Positions 27,297 to 40,659 of a stretch of DNA of 64,000 bases are shown here, one piece after another. The DNA is taken from assembly GCF_018350175.1 (NCBI RefSeq), contig NC_058383.1, positions 9,550,001-9,614,000 of the forward strand. The letters run 5' to 3'. The position numbers and the translations under genes were made by a program. The notes below the pieces were generated by a model. It was not told where the DNA came from. It made no database searches and saw nothing but the letters and a program-made list of their open reading frames with translations. Source of the DNA: Felis catus. Taxonomy: Eukaryota. The stretch's first letter is position 1; every line of letters starts with the position of its first letter.

Positions 27297-29904
27297 AGTT
27301 AGAACTCATTCATGCCATTAACTAGGTTCACTGAATAATTTTCAGGGTGAGAAAGTGTTCGTGTCACAATGATAGATGAAATTAGCAAGATGTGAAACTT
27401 TATATAGAGCATTAGCTCACATACAAACACACACACGTACATACACACCTCTAAAAGAAGCAGTGAAGTTGCAAACGGTTTTTACGTGTGGTTTAAACTT
27501 GGGAAACACATCCTTTCAATCGGGAGGCCTCTAAGCTAGACATTACTGCAGGGGTGGCCAGAGTGGACCGTGGCTAAAGTCCAACCAGCCTTGAAGCTTC
27601 GGCCATCACAGCTGTGGGAGGTGCCTCGTTGTATCATCGCATCCCCTTGTCTAGCGTCAGCTGGAGTCCTGAGTTGTCTCACCAGGGCTGCCATTTAGCC
27701 ATGATTTCTGAATAGTCTATTGGGTTGATGGGCTTAGGTTTGGGTGTTTGCAAGCCTCCTTGTTAAAAGTTACCTTAGCTCTTCTGTTCCACTGTTTTAA
27801 CTGCTGAGATACCGTGTGGATCCAGATTCCGCACAGCTGCTCACCTGGCAGAGTGCTGTCCTCTCTCTCTTTTTTTAATACGTATTTATTTTTGAGAGAG
27901 AGAGAGAGAGAGAGAAACAGCATGAGCGGAGGAGGGGCAGAGAGAGAGGGAGACACAGAATCTAAAGCAGGCTCCAGGCTCTGAGCTGTCAGCACAGAGC
28001 CCGACGCGGGGCTCAAACTCATGAACCGCGAGATCATGACCTGAGCTGAAGGCAGACGCTTAACCGACTGAGCCACCCAGGCGCCCCGCCCCTTTTAATG
28101 TTTATTATTGAGAGAGAGACAGAGACCGAGTGCAGGGTACTGTTCTTTTCAGGCTGGTCGGTGGATCACTCAAAAGTCCACTCCAAAATGGCCAGCTGTC
28201 AGCACTGGCCTTGGTGCTGGCCTTGGCCCTGGCTGTGAAGGTGACTAGAACAAGGTTCTGCCCCTCCAAGGAGCTCACAGTCAGAAGCCCGTGTGGTGCA
28301 TTCTGGCAATGTGTGGTCTTCTTGGGCTACAACCTGCCTCGTGTCTGTCTGCCTCTTCCAGGCCAGGGCTGGTGTATCCCTCCACCTCCCGAACCATTCC
28401 CGGCTTCTCCGTATTTGGACTGGCTCTCTGTCCTGAGAGACAGGAAACGTTTTCCCCTTCCTTCCCTTTCTCTGCAGTTCTACCTGGGAAAGATGGCAAA
28501 CGCTTCCCAGAAGAGATGGCCTGTAAACAGCGTCTCCAAGGAAGGAAAGGAATTCACAAGGTCGCCTCAGGAGAAAAGGCAACCCAGGCAGAGGGAATGC
28601 TTGGCCAAAGTCATGGCAGCTGACACATTTGGGGAACTGGAAGCCGTTCAGGGTGGCCCTCATGGTATTCCCATCATTCCTCTTGCTCTCCTCTTTATTT
28701 CGGGGTCTGCATGTCTCCCAACCTCTTGTCTTCTCCATTCTTTGCCAGCCCTGCCCCGTGAACTTGGTAACCAACTGTAGCTTCCCTGGCTTGACCTTTG
28801 GTGTCCTGTAAGGACCTGGCTCCTACTTTCTCTTTGGCTCATCCTCATCCTGGACGCTTTGGATAACCTCTCTGACAAACCATCTTTGCCCCTTGGGACC
28901 ACAAGCCCAGTCCCCTAACAGAGACAACCAGACGGATGGTGACTGGGACATCTAGGGATGGGCTGTAGAGTTCTGTCCTCCTGTCCAAGGCTGTCGCTGG
29001 TGTCTTAAATAAAGATGGAGAGGCCCTTGGGGCGCCTGGGTGGCTCAGTAGGTTGAATGTCCGACTTCGCTTCAGGTCATGATCTCACGGTTTGTGGGTT
29101 CAAGCCCCGCGTCGGGCTCTGTGCTGACAGCTCAGAGACTGGAGCCTGCTTCAGATTCTGTCTCTGGCTCTCTCTGCCCCGCCCCCACTTGTGCTCTGTC
29201 TCTAAAATAAATAAACATTAAATTTTTTTTTTAAATGAATAAACATTAAGGGGCTCGGTGGCTCGGTCGGTTGAGCGTCTGACTTTGGCTCAGGTCATGA
29301 TCTCACAGTTTGTGGGTTCGAGCCCCACATCAAGCTCTGTGCTGACCGCTTGCTTGGAGCCTGCTTCAAATTCTGTGTCTCCTTCTCTCTCTGCCCCTCC
29401 CCCGCTCACGCTTTGTCTTACTCTGTTTCTCAAAAATAAATAAAAGTAAAAAAAATTTTTTTTTAATGAATAAACATTAAGAAAAAAAAAAAGATGGAGA
29501 AGCCCTGATTTTCAAGTGCGTGTGCCCAAATCTGGGAGTAAGGGTAGAGACAATGTGGCAGGAGGCATTCAGCATCCTGATAGGCTGGAACAAATGACCA
29601 AATCTAAGGAGATGAAATATCTAGACCTCAGGGTAAAAAACCACGCCCAATCCCAGGGAAAGAGAGGCATGGAACAGCAGAACATCATATGAGGAACACT
29701 TTGGGGTTTCAGAAAAGAAAAGGCTCTGGTTGGGTTAATAATCTGTGTTTCTGGAGGAAGCTCATGGACTCCAGGCTGCATTAATAAAGATCTGATGTCC
29801 AGACAAAAGGAGGTGAGAGTCCTGTTGTGTTCCTGTCAGACCACACATAGACTGCAGTGTTTGGTTCTGGAAGTTACACTGTGGGAGACAGAGACAAACT
29901 AGAA

Positions 29905-30035
29905 CAATGGTTCTTAAACCTGGCTGTACGTTATAATCACCTGGGAAGTTTCAAGACTCTGGAGACCCAGACCATACTCTAGACCGATCAGAATCTTTGT
30001 GAGAGGGACTTAGGCTTCGGTAATTTTTAAGCTTA
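29905..30035. mobile_element. MER5-like hAT DNA transposon relic
   Basis: tggttcttaaacctggctgtacgttataatcacctggg...aatttttaa. Confidence 0.6.
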
Positions 30036-30072
30036 AAATACACACACACACACTCCCGCACACCCACACATT

Positions 30073-30410
30073 ATCCATCTATCTATCTACCTATAGATAT
30101 CTATATAGATCTATATCTATATAGATCTATATCTATATAGATCTATATAGATCTATAGATATCTATATAGATATAGATATATAGATATATAGATATCTAT
30201 ATAGATATAGATATATAGATATATAGATCTAGATATAGATCTAGATATATAGATATATAGATCTAGATATAGATCTAGATATAGATATATAGATCTATAG
30301 ATATATAGATAGATATAGATAGATATAGATCTATAGATCCATAGATATATAGATAGATCTATATATAGATATAGATATCTATAGGTAGGTAGATAGATAG
30401 ATAGATAGAT
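30073..30410. repeat. Complex self-complementary ATAG/ATCT/AT microsatellite
   Basis: Begins (ATCT)n, ends (AGAT)n, with internal ATAGATCTAT palindromes. Confidence 0.95.
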
Positions 30411-31059
30411 ATTGGCTTACAGAAGGGTTGCAAAAAAAAAAATACAGAAAATTCCCATACACCCTTCACCCAGCTTCCCTTTATGGTAACATCTGACATA
30501 ATCACATCCCAAAGAGCAAAACTAAGAAATTAACACTGGTACATGGGGCACCTAGGTGGTTCCTTGGTTAAGCATCCGACTTTGGCTCAGGTCATGAGCT
30601 CATAGTTTGTAGGTTCGAGCCCCGCATTGGGCTCTGTGCAGACAGCTCAGAGCCTGGAGCCTGCTTCGGATTCTGTGTCTCCCCTGCTCTCTGCCCCTCC
30701 CCTGCTCACACTCTGCTCTGTCTCTCTCTGTCTCAAAAATAAAATAAACATTAAAAAATTTAAAAAGAAATTAACACAGGTACAATACTATTAACTGGGT
30801 GACAGACCTTATTTAAATTTAATCTGTTCCTCTACTCTTGCCTTTTCTTTTCTTTTCTTTTAAAGATTTGTTTATTTAGAGAGAGGGAGAGAATGTGAGC
30901 GGGGAAGGGGCAGAGAGGGAGAGAGAGAGAATCCCCAGCAGGCTCCCTGCTGTCAGTGCAGAGCCCGACTTGGGGCTTGAACCCATGAACTGTGAGATCA
31001 TGACCTGAGCCGAAATCAAGGGCCAGACGCTTAACCGACTGAGCCACCCAGGTGCCCAA

Positions 31060-31700
31060 GGAGTGGCTTTTGTTCTGATGAGGTGACTGTAGATGGGCTC
31101 CTGGATGGGGGCTGGTTACCAGAAAGAGACCAAGCCATGATTAGAAGCTTGGAATTTTCAGCCCCACCTTCCATTCATTCTCCAGAATAAGAAGAGGGAC
31201 TGAAAATGGAGTTAACAATTGTGACTACGTGATGGCCTTTAATAAACCGGTAAATGTAAGCAGGTGTCTCCCTGAGTTATGTGAGCAGCTCCGGCCAATT
31301 AATTGAATCCAGAGCCGGAGTCGGTCATGGGAACCTCCAATTTGGAGCCAAGTTGGACAGAAGTTGTGGGTAACCTGGGGACCTACTACTTGGTGACTGG
31401 CGTCTGAAGTGAGGACAAGTCTCGTGGGATCCAACGCTAATTCCAGATAGAATTGAGTTAAATTGTAGGACACCCAGCTGGTGTCACACAGAATTTCTTG
31501 GTGGGGATAAACCTCACACATTTGATGACCAGAAGGGTCAAAAGTGGAGCGTTCTGGGCACCTGGCTGGGTCAGTCGGTAAAGCAGGTGACTCTTGAACT
31601 TGGGGTCATGAGTTGAAGCTCCCCATTGGGCGTAGAACTTACTTAAGAAAAAAAGTGGTGTTCTGTGTGAAAGTATAGGAGACTCACAGGAGGAAAAGCT
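31060..31700. mobile_element. MER21-like ERVL LTR
   Basis: gggggctggttaccagaaagagaccaagccatgattagaagcttggaattttcagccccacc. Confidence 0.65.
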
Positions 31701-32377
31701 ACTTTTTTTTTTTTCCTGATAAAATCTTATTTCTGGCGATATTCACCTTGATCTTTTGGTTACAAAGGTGTCTTCTGGGATTCTGCACTGCAGAGTTACT
31801 ACTTTTCCCTCTATTCTTTCTCTTAATGTTTATTTCTTTATTTTGAGAGAGGGAGGGAGAATAAGTGGGAGGAAGGGCAGAGAGAGAGGGAGAGAGAGAA
31901 TTGCACTGTCAGTGCAGAGCCCCATTTGGGGCTCAATCTCACATCTCGTGAGATCACGACCTGAGCTGAAATCGAGAGTCAGTCGTTCAACTCACCAAAC
32001 CACCCAGGCACCCCTCCCTTTATTCTTAACAAAATCTTGAAGGATATACTTTGGGACTATGCAAATATCCTGTTTCTCCTCAGGATAACTTTCTCAGGTG
32101 GCAATATTTATTGAAGCTCCCTGCATGATTCTGGGGAGGGGCCACCACTGAGAATCACTGAATTGTGTGGGTTTGTGGGGGAGCTGACAAGGTGGGTGGG
32201 AAAGGGGCTTGGGGAGTGCTGAAGTCCTGGAGAAGATGCAGAGACTAGTTCTAAAAAAAATTTTTTTTTAATGTTCATTTTTGAGAGAGACAGAGCTTGA
32301 GTGGGGGAGGGTCAGAGAGAGAGGGAGACACAGAATTCGAAGCAGGTTCCAGGCTCTGAGCTGTCAGCACAGAGCCG

Positions 32378-33165
32378 GACATGGGGCTTGAACTCATGAG
32401 CCATGAAATCATGACCTGGGCTGAAGTTGGACGCTTACCCACTGAGTCACCCAGATGTCCCAGAATTCAATTCCTATCAGTACTAGGGAGGTGCCCTTTA
32501 TCACTGGGGGGTGGGCATGTGATTTCCCCAGAAAAGAGTTGACATTTCATTGTGTCCAGCAACAAGGCTAGTCCTTGGACATAAATCAAGTGTAGGGAGG
32601 TGGGCCTCCGGCTGGAGAGAGAGAGAGTGCTTCCTCTCTTTCCTGGCCCGAGGCCGAATGAACCCGAATTCTGAGACACAGGCCATGGGATGGTTGATTC
32701 TGTGGCAAGTTGGCCAGGCTCGGGCGCCTGTTGTTTGCTGAACACCAGGGTAGATGTTGCTGTGAACATTTAAAAGTAAATGTTGTTGGGGCGCCTGGGT
32801 GGCGCAGTCGGTTAAGCGTCCGACTTCAGCCAGGTCACGATCTCGCAGTCCGGGAGTTCGAGCCCCGCGTCGGGCTCTGGGCTGATGGCTCAGAGCCTGG
32901 AGCCTGTTTCCGATTCTGTGTCTCCCTCTCTCTCTGCCCCTCGCCCGTTCATGCTCTGTCTCTCTCTGTCCCAAAAATAAATAAACGTTGAAAAAAAAAT
33001 TTAAAAAAAGTAAATGTTGTTAAAGTAAAGCAGATTACTCTTTATAATGTGGATAAGCTCCATTCCATTGGTTGAAGGCCATATGAGCAAAGAGGGAGAG
33101 TTTCCTTTTTTTTTTCATGTTTATTTATTTATTTTGCTAGAGGGAGAGAAAGAGCAAGTGGGAGG

Positions 33166-33202
<37 letters not shown>

Positions 33203-33254
33203 CCAAGCAGGCTCCATGCTGTCAGCACAGAGCCCGATGCGAGGCTTGAACTCA
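32378..33254 (+). repeat. Copy 1 (derived) of a ~650-bp local direct duplication, carrying an extra young SINE
   Basis: Near-identical to 34264-34917 apart from the SINE at 32788-33004 and a few small differences. Confidence 0.95.
32788..33004 (+). mobile_element. Young feline-type Can-SINE
   Basis: TSD aaaagtaaatgttgtt on both sides; the empty site is visible in copy 2 at ~34662-34677. Confidence 0.93.
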
Positions 33255-34263
33255 CAAACCGTGAGCTCATGACCTGAGCCGAAGTTGGACGCTTAATCGA
33301 CTGAGCCACCCAGGTGCCCCAAGACTAGTTCTGATGAAACATTTGGAGCATTGTCAAGAGAGAATGTTCTAGTTTGCTGGTTTGGAATAAGTTGAGTCTG
33401 GAAGAATGAGTCCTTTCAAGCTGCCAGCAGCCACCTGGACTGGAGAGTAGGCTTTGCTTCAGCTATGGAATGACTATTGTCTTGTCCTGGGGCATCATTA
33501 AGTGACTGCATCCAGGACAGATCAGTACCTACTCACGGTCCCTTTGGAAATTAGTGAATTTCCCCTCTCCCTGGGGGAATGTTGAATAAGAGGTACAGTT
33601 CTGTTTGCAACTGTATATTGTTCTGAAATGTCAATTACCTCCCTGTCAACCCCGTGAGAGGGGTACTTCCCGTCCCTGTGCTGGCCCCTGGGACACTCCC
33701 ATGAACGGTGACATGGGGACTGTGGCATCTTTCTTGCTGATGGGCTGTTTTGAAGGTTAGATAAAACTCTTACAATGTCTGGCATGTGGTTGACACTCAT
33801 CTATGGTAAGTGCTCATTACTGGGCAGGGAGACTAACTTTCAGCTCTGGGTCTAAGTTGCCAACACCTGAATACTGCTCTTTGCCAAAACGTGGACACTG
33901 TGACATAAAGCTTGGGAAGAGAGGGCGAGAGTGGCAGGGAGGGCCGGTCTGGGGAGATAAAGCTATTTTCTGATAAGGCTTCCTAAAGCGAAGGTGACCT
34001 AACAAATATCTGTTTAACACCTACTTTGTTCTACAGGGTTCTTCTGTGTTTGGGGTCCAGAGCTCAACAGGAGGCCCAGAGATGATGAAAAAGCAGGCCC
34101 GACAGCAGGTGAGCAGCAGAGCTAAAGCCAGAATTCAATTCTTTTTGTTTGTTTGTTTATTTTATTTTTGACAGAGAGAGAGAGCAAGCAGGGGACGGGC
34201 AGAGAGAGGGGGAGACACAGAATCTGAAGCAAGCTCCAGGCTGTGAGCTGTCAGCACAGAGCA

Positions 34264-34828
34264 GACATGGGGCTTGAACTCATGAGCCATGAAATCATGA
34301 CCTGAGCTGAAGTTGGACGCTTACCCACTGAGTCACCCAGATGTCCCAGAATTCAATTCCTATCAGTACTAGGGAGGTGCCCTTTATCACTGGGGGGTGG
34401 GCATGTGATTTCCCCAGAAAAGAGTTGACATTTCATTGACTGTGTCCAGCAACAAGGCTAGTCCTTGGACATAAATCAAGTGTAGGGAGGTGGGCCTCCG
34501 GCTGGAGAGAAAGAGAGTGCTTCCTCTCTTTCCTGGCCCGAGGCCGAATGAACCCGAATTCTGAGACACAGGCCATGGGATGGTTGATTCTGTGGCAAGT
34601 TGGCCAGGCTCGGGCGCCTGTTGTTTGCTGAACACCAGGGTAGATGTTGCTGTGAACATTTAAAAGTAAATGTTGCTAAAGTAAAGCAGATTACTCTTTA
34701 TAATGTGGATAAGCTCCATTCCATTGGTTGAAGGCCATATGAGCAAAGATGGAGAGTTTCCTTCTTTTTTTTTTTTTTAATGTTCATTTATTTATTTTGC
34801 TAGAGGGAGAGAAAGAGCAAGTGGGAGG

Positions 34829-34865
<37 letters not shown>

Positions 34866-34917
34866 CCAAGCAGGCTCCATGCTGTCAGCACAGAGCCCGA
34901 TGCGAGGCTTGAACTCA
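34264..34917 (+). repeat. Copy 2 (donor) of the local duplication
   Basis: Its left SINE keeps its own TSD cagaattcaattc on both sides. Confidence 0.93.
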
Positions 34918-35190
34918 TGAGCTGTGAGATCATGACACTTAACCGACTGAGCCACCCAGGCGCCTGAGGGTTTCTGGAACTGGAGCTCTCCTCCCTGAGT
35001 TTCTAGTCTGCTGCCCTGTGGGATTTGGACTCAACACTGTGACATCAGCCTGAATTTCTGCTCCCCTGGCCTGGTGGCCTGCTGGCCACCACAGTCATGT
35101 GAGCCAATTCCTTAAAGGAAATCTCTATCTCTATTTGTATTGCTGTATCTTTATACTTTCTTGGGTGTATTCCTCTGAAAACCCTGACTA
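34670..35190 (+). mobile_element. MLT2-type ERVL LTR split by a SINE
   Basis: taaagcagattactc...tgaaggcc and gtgagccaattcctta...accctgactaa. Confidence 0.7.
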
Positions 35191-36641
35191 AACGCCAGCA
35201 GTTTCTCTAGAAACTGCCCTCCACTGCAAGGGCCGAGCCTGGAAATTGGGCAAGAACAGTGTTGCGAGTGATCCTGGGGATGAGCTAACACCCGTGGACT
35301 CTGATGGCAGCCCTTTCTAAGACTCAGCTGGAACCATCAGAGGAGGGTCTGGCCTGCGAGCCAAAGCCGCCCCCAGCCCGTTGCGTCCAGTTCACACAGT
35401 TAAGAGTGGTTTGGGGGGTGCCTGGGTGGTTCAGTCGGTTAAGTGTCAGACTTTGGTCGGCTCAGGTCGTGATCTGGCAGTTCGAGGGATCCAGCCCCGC
35501 CTCGGTCTCCACGATGACGGTGCGGAGCCTGCTTGCAATTCTCTCTCTCTCCCTCTCTCTCTGCCCGCCCCCCCCCACATTCTCTCCGTCTTTCTCTTTC
35601 AAAAATAAATAAATGAACTTAAAAAAAAGAGAGTGGTTCTTGTATGTCTAAGAGGTTGTCAAACAAACAAAGAAATGACTATGCGACAGAAACTGTGTGT
35701 GGTCCACAACACCTAAAATATTTATGATTTGGCCCTTCACAGAAACAAGTGCGCCAACCTGGCAATAGACCAGTATCCCTTAAAATTCGGTCTACTCTTA
35801 CCAGATGTTAAATCCTGGTCTCAGCTGCTCTGTGGGAAATTAAGGGATGTAGGATGTCAAAGGAAGGTCGATGGCTTCTCCAAGAGTCGGAGAGGTGGGG
35901 GCAGTGGAGACCACCGTGAGAGAAGGTGTGTGCCCTGGGCATGAGGACATGGTCATATCATAAAAGGTAGGTATGGTCAGAGGTCAGAGGGGAAAAAAAC
36001 CCTACTGGAGATTCTCTTTGTGTCCATGAGAAGCAGCACTTTGAGGGATATGCGGAAATCAGAGGTGGATAATGTGAAGGGGACCTGGGTCTCAGTATAG
36101 GCAAAGCAGGCTCTAAGTCAATCTCATTTGAGGGTTTAGTGAAAATAATGTGACCTTATTTAGAAAGGTCTCGACTCTCCGTTTTTGTGGACAGAAGATG
36201 AGAATTATTCAACATGGAAACCGAGTTGGTGGAGTGGGGTGGTGGATGGGCAAGGACTCGGATCGTAAAGTGATTAGTCTCTTGAGGTGCTGAGAGTCGC
36301 CAGCCTCTGCTGAGGGGTGGGGACGTGGCCCTGCTCCATGAATGAAGATGGCTTAAAAAAATTTTTTTTTAATGTTTATTTTTAAGAGAGAGAGACAGAG
36401 CATGAGCAGGGGAGGGGCAGAGAGAGAGGGAGACACAGAATCCGAAGCAGGCTCCAGGCTCTGAGCTATTAGCACAGAACCCGAGGCGGGGCTCGAACTC
36501 ACAAGCTGTGACATCATGACCTGAGCCAAAGTCGGATGCTTAACTGACTGAGCCACCCAGATGCCCCTATTGTTGTTTTATTTAAATCTTCCCCTGAATC
36601 TTTGACACTAGTGTCTTTATTATCACTGGAACCCTTCTTTT

Positions 36642-36643
<2 letters not shown>

Positions 36644-36684
<41 letters not shown>
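36644..36684. repeat. (AC)n microsatellite
   Basis: About 20 perfect units. Confidence 0.97.
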
Positions 36685-36686
<2 letters not shown>

Positions 36687-37259
36687 TGTTAGAGTGGTGC
36701 AGCTGCTGTGAAAAATATATGAGTGGGGGAGAGGCAGGGAGAGAGAAATCCCAAGCAGGCTCCCCTGCTGACAACACAGAGCCGGACAAGGGCCTTGAAC
36801 TCACAAACCCATGAGACAGTGACTGGAGCTGAAACCAAGAGCCAGACGTTCAACTGACTGAGCCACCCAGGTGCCCCTCTTATGGCATATTTTAAATATA
36901 TATACAAGTCGAGAGAATAGTATAGTGAAACCCAAGTACCCATCACCAGCTTCAATAATTATCAATGGGGCGCCTGGGTGGCTCAGTTGGTTAAGCGACC
37001 AACTTCCACTCAGGTCGTGATCTCGCAGTCCGTGAGCTCGAACCCTGTGTCAAGCTCCATGCTGACAGCTCAGAGCCCTGGAGCCTGCTTCTTCGGATTC
37101 TGTGCCTCCCTCTCTCTCTGCTCCTCCTCCGTTCACACCCTGTCTCTCTGTGTCTAATAAATGTTAAAAAATAATAATAATAATTACCAATGCCTGGCCA
37201 ATCTTGTTTCCTTTACGCCCACTCATTTAGTCTATCCCATATTCTTTTTTCTTTTCTTC

Positions 37260-37805
37260 TTTTAAAATTGAGCTAAAAGTCACATAATGTAAAATTCACC
37301 ACTTTGAAATGTACCACTCATTGGCATTTAGTACATTCACAATGATGCACACCTACCAGCCCTGTGTCATTCCAAAATATTTCATCACCTCCCAAAGAAG
37401 CCATAAATCCATTAAGCTCCCTAGGGCTCAAGACTCCCTCCCTTGAGCCTCTGCAGCCACTAATCTGCTTTCTGTCCCTACAGATTTACCTGTTTAAGTC
37501 ACTTCATACAATTGGATGAGTAGGACACATGACCTTTTGTACCTGGCTTCTTTTGCTTAGCATAATGTTTTCAAACTTCATCTGCGTTGTAGCATGGATC
37601 AGTATTTTATCCCTTTTTAGGGCTAAAGGATATTCCATTTCATATACATACCACAATTTTTTTATTCCTCCCTTGATGGACGTTTGGGATTGCTTCCACC
37701 TTTTGGCCGTTGTAAACAATGCTGCCGGGAACGTTGATGTACAACTATTGGTTTGAGTGTCTGCCTTCCATTCTTTGGGGTACATACCTAGAAGTGGAAT
37801 TTCCG
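37260..37805 (-). mobile_element. L1 3' end fragment
   Basis: ctggcttcttttgcttagcataatgttttc...tacctagaagtggaatt. Confidence 0.8.
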
Positions 37806-40614
37806 GGTATTTTAAGGGTCTCTGGAATTTGTTTTATTATTTATTTATTTATTTATTTAATTGTTTTAGAGAGAGAGCACGCATGTGCTCAAGCAGGGGA
37901 GGGGGAGAGGGAGGGAGAGAGAGAATCGCAAGCAGGTTCCATGCCCAGTGCGGAGCCTGATGCGGGGCTCGATCTCAAGACTGGGAGATCGTGACCTGAA
38001 CGGAGCTGAAATCAAGAGCCGGACGCTTAACCAACGGAGCCATCCAGTATGGAAAGACATGCGTGCGTGGAGATCACTGTGGTGAAGGAGGAAGTTTATA
38101 GGAACAGACCCCTAGGAACAGGAGGCACCCCACACCACACAGGGCCACTGGAAGAAGCACCAAAGTCATGCCGGGAGGCAGACGGAAGGGGCGAGATGTG
38201 GCCAAGAGCCTTTACTGCGGTTTCTGTGAGAAGGAACAGGCCAGGCTGCATAAAACAGGGTTAGGATTGATTCGTTTGAACAATTTCTGCAGGCTCTAGG
38301 TCGTGGGGTACCCGGGGTGGGATGACTAGGGCAGGGGGATAGTGGCCCCGAGTGTGAGAGCCCGTAGATGAGGTGGTTAAGGGTGTGGGCCCTGGAAGGG
38401 GTGGTTTGCATGCAAAAAGTCCACTCACAGGCCACTCACAGGTGTTTGTTATCTCTAGGAATTAGCTAACCGAGGGAGGGGCGGTCTCAACAATGCCCGG
38501 ATGTCAAAGCATCCAAATACAGAAAATAAAAAGATAAGCTTAACCTACTGACTCATAGGGGTAATTCTGTTTTCAACACTTGGAGAAAACACTGTACTAA
38601 TTTTCACAGTGGCTGCACTGTTCTAACACTCCCACCAGCGATATCTTGGCACCAGTGATCAGGGGCGCCTGGGTGGCTCAGTTGTTTAAGCATCCGACTT
38701 TGGCTCAGGTCCGTGAGTTCGAGCCCCGCGTCGGGCTCAGTGCTGACAGCTCAGAGCCTGGAGCCTGCTTCAGATTCTGTGTCTCCCTCTCTCTCTCTGC
38801 CCCTCCCCGCTGCTCCCCTCCTCTCTCTCAAAAAAACAACAACAAAAAAACATTAAAAAAGAAAAGAACCCGCCATCAGGATTCCCATTTCCCCACATCA
38901 TCACCAATACTTGTTATCCCCCCCCCAACTTTTTTTAAAAAATAGACTCTCATAATATGTTGAAGCACATTTCAGGCATCAGATAATTACATATGTAAAC
39001 ATGTTCCAGAATCCCCCGTTCAAATCAGCTCATCACTTTCCAGAACATCACATTTTCACTCTCTGCCTCCCCTGTGGCATCCAGGCCCAGGAAGACTGAG
39101 GAGGACGTCTGAGGCCAGCTGCACCCTAGACATCATGGCAAAGATGCTTTTGCTCCACGTGTGGAGGGGTAGTGGGCCAGATTCAGGTTTGGCCTTTATT
39201 TATTTGGAGACAGACAACAAGCAGGGAAGAGGCAGAGAGAGGGAGGAGAATCCTAAGAAGGTTCCACACTGTTAGTGGGGAGTCTGACGTGGGGCTCGAA
39301 CCCACAAACTGTGAGATCATGATCCGAGTGGAAATCAAGAGTCAGACACTCAACCTACTGAGCCACCCAGGTGCCCCTTATCTTATTTATTTTTTAACTT
39401 TATTTATTTTGAGAGAGAGAGTGCATGCGCACACATACGCCCAAGATGGGGAGGGGCAGAGAGAGAGGGAGAGAGAGAGAATCCCAAGCAGGCTCTGCAC
39501 TGTCAGCACAGAGGCCCATGCGAGGCTCGATCTTACACTGAGATCAAGAGTCTGATGTTTAACAGACTGAGCCACCGAAAGGGTGCCTCTTTGGTATTAT
39601 TTTAAAGTAAATCCCAGGCCACATATCGTTTTATCCAGTTTAGTTTGTCTCTAAATAAATAAAGATTTTTTTGGGAGGGGGTAATATGTTCATAATGCCA
39701 TTATGACATCCTTCAAAATGGGCAGTAATTTCTTGGAATCACGTGATACCCAGTCTGTATTTAGTTTCCCCAGGTGTGCCAAAAATGTCTTTTTTAGGGG
39801 GCGCCTGGGTGGTTCAGTTGGTTGACCATCTGACTTTGGCTCAGGTCATGATCTCTCAGTTCATGGGTTTGAGCCCTGCATCGGGCTCTGTGCTGACAGC
39901 CCGGAGCCTGAACCTGCTTCTGATTCTGTGTCTCCCTCTCTCTCTGCTCCTCCCCTGCTCATGCTCTGTCTCTCTCAAAAATAAGTAAATGTTAAAAAAA
40001 AAATTTTTTAATGTCTTTTTGCGGTTGGTTTAAGCCACACTGCATTCAGCTGTAATGTTGAAGTCTCTTTCTTCCTTACAATATCCAATTTTCACATAGT
40101 TGCACGTATTATAGGGAATAATAGCCTGATTCCTGTTCTCACATTTCATGCAACTACTTTATTCCAACGCATGTACACCCAGAGAAACATTTGGATCACT
40201 CAGGAAAGTGTCCTGAGCATGGTGTCCGTAAGTTGTCTCAGGTTTTAAATAGAGCACTTTGCATAATGTCATTGTTTTTAGGCCTTTTCAGTGGATGGGG
40301 CTAGAAAATACGTATTTCTTTTTCTTTTTTCTTTATTAAAGAATAAAATATTTACGAGCATTATGGTATTTCTTGGGCTGGTGGTATTGCTTGGGCCTAA
40401 TACTTACTTCAAAAAATACATACAAACCCCTGTGATTGTTGTAAAGTACATGTTACCTATTTTCTTTTCAATGTATCAAGTGTTTTTTTTTATTTTTCCC
40501 TTCTCCTTCTCAGTAAATGCTGTGACACTCTTCCATTGGCTCTAATCAAAACTGCCTAGATTTTATTTTTTTAATGTTATTTATTTATTTTGAGAGAGAG
40601 AGAGAGGGAGGGAG

Positions 40615-40659
<45 letters not shown>

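Noticed and set aside
28525..28580. SKEGKEFTRSPQEK loosely resembling a CC-chemokine exon 3
   Set aside because: Lacks the conserved Cys and Trp and there is no upstream CC exon; not called a chemokine pseudogene.
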